Source: Klebsormidium nitens (taxonomy: Eukaryota > Plantae > Klebsormidiophyceae). Taken from it: a DNA stretch of 64,000 bases. The stretch covers positions 109,382 through 173,381 of the forward strand of contig DF237099.1 of NCBI GenBank assembly GCA_000708835.1, read 5' to 3'. Below are positions 55,194-64,000 of this stretch, in pieces. A program made the translations under genes and the position numbers. Within the stretch, counting starts at the first letter, position 1, and each line of letters begins with the position of its first letter. A model generated the notes under the pieces. That model had not been told where the DNA came from and did no database searches. It saw only the letters and a list, made by a program, of their open reading frames with translations.

Positions 55194-58100
55194 ATGCCGT
55201 CATTTGTGGCGCCCGAGAACATAGCCATCCCCCCAGTCGATGAAACTGAAACAAGAGAGCAGAATGGGGCTACGGCGCCAGTCACCCCCCGCTCGCCGCA
55301 GTGGGCGGCGGAGGAGGTGCTGGTTGAAGGCAAGATGCACAAGAAGCATGTGAGTAGCTCTTTTTAGTGGATTCCGAGCTAATTAAGGGGTGGTCTTAGT
55401 GGGGTGCGCAGTAACTGGAGAAGGACTCCGGTAACCTGTGGTTATTGAAGAAAGGTATTAATCACAGGGTTGGCGAAGAGTGAGCAAACAAACCTCTAAT
55501 GGAGCTGGTTCGAAACCATGTGTCCTGCTGCAAAGATAGCAGGGCAACTGTACTTGAGTATTGAACCCAGCAGTCAGACCCGGTTTGCCTACAAGACACC
55601 ACATTTTGCTGTGGTGTCTCTCAGCACCGAACGTTCAAGCGAAGCTTATGTCAAAGAGCTGCGTGCATACTCTGAAAGGCGGCTCTACAGTCAAAAGCCA
55701 CCTGATATCAACTGGACTGTGAATTCGCCATTCAAGGCAACGGTTTCGCTCTGGTAAAACTGCATGCGCAATTTGTCTTCGCTTGACAAACATGAAGCCA
55801 TCCTCTCCTCGCAGAAAGCTCTGTCAACGAGTGCGGTCCTGCTCCTTGCATGGCAAAGTCTGGGCGTTGTCTACGGGGACCTGGGGACCTCATGTGAGCG
55901 CTCGAAGTCTTTCGTGGACGGAAAACACCAGCCTCAAAAACGACAAAAGTCTTTAGAATTGAAGGCTCTTGTGCTGTTGGACATTTCAACTCTCAGCGCA
56001 AGCTCTACTCGGAATGATCTTCGCACCTAGGGAGCTGAGGTTACCAAGCCGTTCCTTTCTTTTTAGCGTCTGCAGAACTTCAAAAATGATCAGAAGCTGA
56101 TAATACCATCTGTCGCCGCAACTGACGCAAGGAAAGCAGCCCAGGTTCAAACTCATTTCAATGGCAAATATAAGCTAAGAGAGAGCATGGATTGCCTGTT
56201 GGATGCTAACGGTAGTGTTCGAATGGAGTAGGCTTGCGGCAGCTTCAGGACGAACTGGATTGTAAGAAGAAGCAGAATTATCACGTGGCCAGTGAGCAAA
56301 GACCATGCCACGTGCGCTGGGCAAAACCGCCAGTACTTCGACGCTTCGACAGACCAGTCAAAGACGAGCTGATTGGCCAACGATGCACGCAGGTCTCTAC
56401 GTGTACTCAAACACGTTTCACAGCCCCCCCAGCCATCAAGACCTCCTAGGCGCGGCGTGTATCATCTTCTGGACGCTGACGTCCATCGCCCTTGTGAAGT
56501 ACGTCATGATTGTTCTGCACGCGGACGACGACGGGGAAGGTGAGCCAAAAATAAAACTCAAGAAAGATGATAGTAAGCCAAGACAATATCAAGCTCCGAC
56601 TAACCTTAAACTCCCTAACCCAAAAATACCCGCTCCGCACTCGCACCCACCCTAACCACCAAACTAACCCTACCCGTCCCAGTGCGGTTACCTTACTATT
56701 ATCTCGGCTTACCATTGATATTTTTGAGTTTAATGAGCCAAAGGGCCCCGCAAGTTACACGAAGCCTTATTGGAGCGTAAACCTAACCTAGTCACAGCCA
56801 ATGGAGCACTCTTTTTGAGCGGGTTTAGACAAGTTTTGCTCAAAAACAGTTTCTTCAAGTCTCCAAAAAGTGAGCTCTCGAAAGGTGGTCAGGTCGGGAC
56901 TCAGAGTGCCTAAAGTACAAGTGTAGAAACAACGGCAGAAAGGTTGCAGATTTTGATCCCTCTCCTTCACCCACTGATTGACGGGAAGCGCCGATCTATG
57001 AGCACGGGAGCTTTCGTTGTTGATGTTAGAATGTTAATCACTTATCCCCAGGACGGACATGCAATCGTAGCGGTTCACTTCTGCTCGAAATTGCAGAGTA
57101 AAATCTCGAGGAGGAAACGTTGCACTGCCGGAAATGCTAATCAAAAGTCTCTTCAGCGCATTTGGTCACGACGTGTCTCGCGATCCTCTCGGCCAGGTAG
57201 ATCTACCATCTGACGTCAGCGCTGACGTCGCTTGCAGGCGGCACCTTTGCAATGTACAGCTTGCTGTGCCGGCACGCGCGCATCAGCCTGCTGGAGACGG
57301 CCAAGCTCAACGTCACCGCCAAGCCGCGCCTGACGCGCGCACAGAGCAGCAAGGTCAGCGCGCGCGGGGTGGTCAGGGGACTGCTCGAGGGGAACAAGTC
57401 ACTGCAGAAGGCTCTAATGGTCTTCGTTCTCATGGGTACGTCACCGATCTTGGTTTACTGCACCATTACGACACTCGAGAGTTGAGATGTGTTGATCAGT
57501 GCAAAGCTAAGGTCGCCCCGGTGTGAATGATGATACCCGATTGCTCTTACAAGCGGCGAAACAGAGAGGGGTGAAAGAGAAAAGTGGGCTCTGTGAATTC
57601 TCTGCCTTTGAAGCTCGTAGGGCAATCGCGTATAAGTAAACGGAAACCTCCTTGATTGTCAAGTTCATGTCAATCCCTGTCCAAAGATTCAAATTTGTAC
57701 TTCGCAGATAAGAGCGTAGACTTTTCGAGCTCCAGTCACTTCTGAAAACGCTTTCGCTTCCACTCACGCTGCATCTCCTCACAAGTATCGCTCGTCTCCG
57801 TCAGGCACGTGTATGGTGATTGGGGACGGAATCCTGACGCCGGCCATCTCCGTACTATCGGCGGTGGAGGGTATCCATGTCGGTTACTCCGGCCTCTCAA
57901 GAAGTAAGGCCCGTTCTAGTTTCTCGGGACCCGTCAGCAAGGGTTGCCCATTCTTGCTTGATTGGAGCTTTCAATTTACCGTTGTGGAGTGTTACCGTCA
58001 CATAACAGGACCTTCGTCTCTCAATGACTTTCGGAGATAATTTTGAAATTAGCATCTAAATCAAGTCTTATGGCTTTTCAGCATAAAATGCGTGGCTTGG

Positions 58101-61100
58101 GTACACTTCGCACGTTCTCAGGCGTTCTACAGAGTGCTTGATGCAACCAGTCTCAGGCCGATAAAGCGGACGAGGCTGATCAGGCGGCAAGCAGACTTTA
58201 TCGAAGTCGCATTTTCCCCTGGGCCCTCTTAGATTGGGATAATCATGCCCCGCGGATGTTCGCAGCCGCTAAGTTCGCCACCCCTGCAGCAAAGGGTCTG
58301 CTTTGTCTCTCCTATTCTGCCCAGTGTGCTTAAGAGTAGAGATTGTGCACTTAGCTGGAACGCCTTTACAGATCGAATCTCAGAAAGTCTTCCCACTTGA
58401 GGTGCAATCGTCCTGACGAGCACCTCACAAACCAAACTCCCTTTCTCCAGGCGCGATCGTGGGCATCACGTGCGCGATCCTGATCGCGCTCTTCCTGTGC
58501 CAGCACAAGGGCACCGGCCGCGTCGGCAACTGGTTCGCGCCCGTCATCGGGATTTGGCTGGTCGCCAATCTCTGCATCAACCTGTACAATATTTCCAAGC
58601 ACCACCCGGGCATGTTCCGGTGCATAAATCCGTGGCACGGATTGGATTACTTCATACGGAACGGAAAGACGGCCTGGGTGTCGCTCGGGGGGCTGGTGCT
58701 GTGCATCACCGGAACGGAGGCCATGTTTGCGGACTTAGGACATTTTCCGCGGCAAGCGATCCAGGTGAAATTACTCGTAACATCTCTCGTGAACTTTGAG
58801 CTTTGCAGAGGAGACACGTTTAGATCCTGCGCTTGAGTACAGATGCTTAAGCCTCTCCAGGATGCACCAAGTTTTGACCAGGATTGCTTGCTCACTGTCA
58901 TGAATACCATTCCAAGGCCGGCTCGCGATAGCAGTTTCGCAGAGAGATTGGATTGAGGGCCCCACTTCGGGACCTGCTGACGTCACAACCAGCCGCACTT
59001 TCGTACCGCTGACGTCACACTTTGCGGCGCAGATGGGCTTCCTGCTGATCGGCTACCCGAGCCTGGTCATCACCTACATCGGCCAGGCCGCCTACTTATG
59101 GCAGCACCCCGAGAACTACGCATCCACGTTCTACAGCTCCGTCCCGGGCCCCATTTTCTGGCCCATGTTCGTTCTCGCGACTCTAGCCACTATTGTCGCG
59201 AGCCAAGCCATGATCAGCGGGGCCTTTTCCATCATAAAGCAGAGCATGTCGCTCAGCTGCTTCCCAAAAGTTAGAATAATTCACACGTCCAAGACGATGG
59301 AGGGCCAGATTTATATCCCGGAGATCAACTACGTGTTCATGGTGCTGACAATCGCGGTCGTGGTGGGGTTTCAGGACAGCACGCAGATCGGGAACGCGTA
59401 CGGTGAGTTGCTGGGCTTTCGTGTTTCTGCAAAGATTTTCGGTTGGTGCTTGCAGCAATAACGGTGGCTTCGAGTCGGCTTTGAAACTTTCAATCTATCT
59501 TGTCGTGGTTGCTTCATCCCGGCTTGTCTTTTGCCTACTTTGCGTCGCAGTTTCGGTCGAGGTATCATTTCCCGGAACTTATCTCAGATTGCATCAGGAT
59601 GTCCGCTTCAATAGCTGCTCTCGTCAGATTTCAAAACTTTAATCAAGCCGTCAGAGAAACCAGGGTCTCAGCTTGTCCGGACTTTCCTCTTGCCACTCGG
59701 CCTTCGCCAAAAAATTCAAATCTTTCCCGTTCCTCACCGCACTCGTAACATGAAGCCCTTCTCACGCCTCTGCTGCTGTTCCAAGCTTGAAGCGCACCGC
59801 TGACGTCACGTCCCCACGGGCGTGACCGTACTGTCCGCGATGCCCATTACGACGTTCCTTCTTGGGAGTCGAAGAGTCAAGTTCCCCTCTCGCTTTCAAA
59901 AGCATCCGGACACGCTCCACTAACCTCGCTCTTCCGTATGCGTGTCCTGATGTCAGCTGTGCTCGTCTCACAACGTGCCTCGTGTACACTCAAACCGCCG
60001 GATCGACTCTCCTCCTGCTGACGCATCCCTGACGCCCTCCGCTGACGTCACCCCCGTCCGCAGGCGTGTCCGTGATGTCCGTCATGCTCATCACGACGTT
60101 CCTCATGAGCCTGGTCATGCTCATGGTGTGGCGCCTCCCGCCGTGGCTGCCGGCCCTGTTTTTCGCGGTGTTCGGCTTCATCGAGGCAATTTACCTGTCT
60201 TCCACGCTCTACAAGATCGCCAACGGGGCCTGGTTCCCGGTGCTGCTCTCCGGGCTGCTACTGGTCATCATGTACGCGTGGTACTACGGCTCCAGCCGCA
60301 AGAGCCTCTTCGACCAGAAGAACATGGTCAACGCGCAGGGCCTCACGGTGAGCGCGCGCGCGGAAGAACGCGGCCGCGGCCGCGGTCCTCGCGGAGTTAC
60401 TGTGAAAGGACGGCGAATTCTCTGTTGCGCAGACGAATGAAGAAGGGCGAAAACTGAGTCGGGAGTGATAATGGGCTATTCAGAACCCGGTCTGGGCTCG
60501 CTTTTGTACCCTTCTAGATAAGCTTGCAGAGACCTGATTGAAGGCCCGAACAAGTGAGTCTCGCATTCTCTCCCCTGACACAAACGGCAGAAGTCCGTCC
60601 GATGATGTCGGACTCACGGCGGGGTTCTCGTTGACATTCTGCTGTAGAGGAGCGCTTTTTTATGACAGCCAATCTAAGAGTTTCCTTTTGCTGAGGTGAG
60701 TACAAGCACAGTACTCATTCATCTTCACTTCTCAATCTCTTTCTTGTGCAACATTGAGCAGCAATCGATCTGAGCAGCCCACTAGACACTCACAACCGAG
60801 CGCTCTCTTTATCGCAGGAATTCTTGGCGAACATGCCGGTGACACGTGTCCCAGGCGTCGGGCTCTTTTACAGCGACACGGCGCACGGCGTGCCCCCGGT
60901 ATTCACACACTTCATCACGCACCTCCCCGCCGTGCCTGAGGTGAGTGTGAACATACTCGTAGAATTTCCATTTCGTGGACGTGATTCAAGCACTTATTTG
61001 GAGATCAGTCCGCGCGCTGCAACGGAAATATTGCTGGTTCGCCATTCAGTCGTGTCCTCAACTCACTTTCTTGGAGCTCGTGCGCTTCTGCCCGATTGTA

Positions 61101-62969
61101 CCACTGCTCATTCCACCAGCCAATGTCAAACACCTGCGGAAAAATACAGAAACACTCCTGCCCATATCTACTGAAACCCGCCTGCGTTCAAAATGCAGGT
61201 TCTCATCTTCATGAACATTCGTCACGAACCGGTCCCCCGCCTGGAAGACGAGGACCGGCTGCTCGTGAAGCCGTTCGGCATCAAGGGCTACTACCGCTGC
61301 GTCGTGCGGTACGGCTATCAGGAGTCCGTTCGACAGGTACGCTATGCGCGCGGCAGCCATTGTGTCGCAACTTCTTTCGTCATATTAAATATTGCGAGGA
61401 AAGCCTCTTCCCCAGCAGGGGCACCGAGGAGTATGATTGCGGAATGCTCGGGCAACTTAAACTTGCACCCAAGATGTTGCACGGCCAGTCTGCAACTCAC
61501 GAGGTGCGAAAACCGAGAACATCGACGATATACTATACTCCCAGGTTATTGTTACAAGTATTGAACATTCCGTCGAAAATAAGATCTTGGGTTTACAGGT
61601 TAAGGGGCCCGAGAAGGAGTCGGAGGCCCTTACAGAGCCCGGTCGAATGCAGGGACAACATGCTGCAGCGCCGGGTGCATTCGTTGGTCAATATGGCCCT
61701 TGATCAGCACGATATCCACAGGTTATTTGAAAGTCTTCGAAACGTCAGCCCCCTCCTTGAGTGAAGCACTAGAGAGGTACGTGAAAGCTGAAGAGTGAAT
61801 TGCATATTAACAGTGGACTGTAATCTTCAGGGCGAGGAATTTACGACCCAGCTGCTGAACAAGATCATTGAAGTCACACGATTCGAGCTAGGCGACTCGG
61901 GCCCCGTGGACGCGAGCCCGGAGTCGCCCCGTCTTGAGGCCTCGTTGTCTTCATCCCCACTGGTATCCAGCGCGCCAGTCAAGCTTGCACCCGGTAAAAG
62001 TTTCATTGCTGGACCAAGAGGTGAGGCGTCCTGAAAAGCCCAACCGTGAACCCCTGAGAAGGGACGGCTGTGATTTGCACTGGTTTCCTGTTCAATTGTA
62101 ACCTTTTCTGGAAGACGTATTTTTTGGCATTCAAATCAATTGAAACCCGTTTAGAAGGGCGTTGAAGAAATGCAAGGCTTCAAGAACAGAAGCGCAGGAA
62201 ATGCTCGGGCATGGTGTCAGGTGGATGAAAGACTTGGCGTTCTCTGCTCTTGAATATACGTTTCGGGTTATTGAGCAAGCAAAGAGTGGAGTCGATGTTT
62301 TCACCTTTACTTCAAATCAGCCGTAGTCATGTTCATATGAGGGTGCTCTAAAGCACTCGCATTCAAATGAAGTAGAGGCTGTGCAGTACGAGAGGCTTCA
62401 CTGAAGCAGGCAACTTTTAAGTACGGTTATCCCGCTCATGATCGGAAGTGGACCGCACGTCCACTAATTTCCTTCAGCCTGGCTTGATTGTATATACAGG
62501 TCCGGCACTCTTCCAAGCCATTCTTTGCAGCTCAGCTTTCGCCCACCCTCTTCGAACTGATGCGACGGAGACATTTAAGCGCCCACGTAGATTCTGAAAT
62601 ATCTTTCATCTTGAATCCGAAATGGGACAATTGAGACCAGAAGCTTCTTGGGCACTTCGATTTGGGGTCGCATTGGTCAGAAAGAGCCACGCTGAGCATA
62701 TGCGGTATTGATCGACTTCGATTCCGTTTCGTTTTCCAGAGCGCGCGCAAGTCGAAGAAGACCTCGCTCTTCTTGAGCAAGCGCGCAGCGGGGGCATTGT
62801 CTACGTATTGGGCCGCAGCGTGATCCACGTGTCGCCCTCCGCGTGGGTCGGCAAGCGGTGGACATTATACTTGTACGCGGGGCTCAAGGCAATCAGCCGT
62901 TCTACGACGCAGAACTACCAGATTCCCCACTCTAAGCTCATTGAAGTGGGGATGATCTACGATGTCTAG
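55194..62969 (+). CDS. KUP: KUP/HAK/KT potassium transporter, 12 coding exons
   Basis: Exons: 55194-55349, 55815-55893, 56393-56539, 57238-57435, 57805-57903, 58451-58764, 59033-59402, 60064-60347, 60818-60940, 61199-61336, 61831-62020, 62740-62969. Motifs: GVVYGDLGTS, GEGGTFAMYSL, GDGILTPAISVLSAV, GTEAMFADLGHF, QIYIPEIN, RVPGVGLFY, RCVVRYGY, LIEVGMIYDV*. Confidence 0.96.
56550..56733. mobile_element. MITE-like element, copy 2, in KUP intron 3, with 9-bp TSD
   Basis: Imperfect ~28-bp TIR. Flanked by the direct repeat TGAGCCAAA at 56541-56549 and 56734-56742. The core is shared with 45746-45922. Confidence 0.8.
59799..59981 (+). pseudogene. Two degenerate duplicates of the KUP exon-8 head in intron 7
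   Basis: 59820-59866 and 59940-59981 align to the exon start GCGTGTCCGTGATGTCCGTCATGCTCATCACGACGTTCCTC (60064). The upstream CAG is replaced by CGG and TAT respectively. Confidence 0.75.
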
Positions 62970-63394
62970 CAGCTCGCTCTGTACCTTGCACGCCTTTGAA
63001 GTGAGGGACTCCAGTGTCGATTCAGTCACGATGACTGGGGGCTGTAGAGATTGATCGTGAGCAGCTTTTCGAAGGGGTCAATGCAACGCCGCTTGCCTAC
63101 ATCTACTACCTTCATGTATGACAGAGATCATCCTCGTAGGAGCAAGTGTGTAACACATCAGCTAAAGTTAAGATTTCAGCTAAAGTTAACCATTGACTTC
63201 GTCGGTTCTCTAAGTACCCATGCAAAAGAGCTGAGTATGGCCTTCCATGATTAAAAGGATTGTAGTTAGGGGATGCTGTCTCGTCTAAAGCATAGCAAGC
63301 GACGTGACAGGCACGTTCAGCAATCACGAGTGCGGCTTAGGAGCTGTTTGAAAGTTAACCCCGGCTGTAAGTTCCCCGTTTGAAACAGACCAGG

Positions 63395-63448
63395 TCAATA
63401 ACCAGCTTCCAATGTGGTTAGCACGATAGTGCGGTCAAAGTCAGCAAT
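63395..63448 (-). CDS. Possible terminal exon of a minus-strand gene extending beyond the window (IADFDRTIVLTTLEAGY*)
   Basis: Strong acceptor TTTTTTGTCAG followed by 17 codons and TGA. No family recognised. Confidence 0.25.
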   Translation of the reverse strand: MADFDRTIVLTTLEAGY

Positions 63449-64000
63449 CTGACAAAAAAGAAAACGGTATCTGCTAAGAGAAAAATCGCAACGGCCGACA
63501 ACGGCCCGCGTCTTACGATCCGCGAAAGGTCGCACATGGTGTGGCAAGCTTCCAACGCAGAAACAAGAGTAGCCTTGACAAGTTATAAATACCATGCATG
63601 ACACAGAACGACTACACATCGTTTCAGCAAGTCGGGCGCCCTTGAGCGGTCTTCTTTGACTACACGCTGCAACAGGTACAGTACAAACTTCAAGCATGCA
63701 GGCCAGTGGGGGCCCTAGCTTAACCGTCAGAGTCTGCAATCCTTTGGAAACAAGGCTGCCTCTCAAGGTTGGACTCTGGACGTGCTAAGTAGGGCTGCGA
63801 AAATTCCGACTAGACTAGCCTTGCAAACGGCTATATACTCACCATGCCATGAATAGTACATGAAACGGATGATGGCGGCTCGTGCGTCTCTTGCCGCTCT
63901 CGTCTGTCAGGCAACCGATTGTCGGTGCTGCATAGCCTCGAGAATACGTGAGCGCCACGTCAGCGCTGTGCATACCAGGCATGAGTGCCCAGTTAGCGCT

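Overview
This is eukaryotic, intron-rich nuclear DNA (GT-AG introns, GC about 50%) with a plant-like gene set. A streptophyte green alga such as Klebsormidium is the best fit, but that is inference. I assembled 11 multi-exon genes by hand from splice sites and protein motifs, and their orientation alternates almost perfectly: renalase-like FAD/NAD(P) oxidoreductase (-), UBA2-like RRM protein (+), PEX16 (-), DPB3/CHRAC-type histone-fold protein (+), ALE2-like receptor kinase with atypical kinase residues (-), propionyl-CoA carboxylase beta PCCB (+), an unresolved hypothetical gene (-), an ARK-type armadillo protein with no kinesin motor (+), a tail-anchored C2 protein (+), sulfiredoxin (-) and a KUP/HAK/KT K+ transporter (+). 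Most of the supplied ORF track is antisense or intronic noise. No tRNA, rRNA or CRISPR array was seen. The most unusual signals are: (1) two copies of a ~180-bp MITE-like element with a telomere-like, G-quadruplex-prone core, one inserted next to a splice donor; (2) degenerate duplicated exon heads with a destroyed AG acceptor in both PCCB and KUP introns; (3) CATG-dense tracts in spacers downstream of gene 3' ends; (4) the motor-less ARK-tail protein; (5) a Pro-to-Cys change in the KUP signature motif. Exon models are not transcript-validated.
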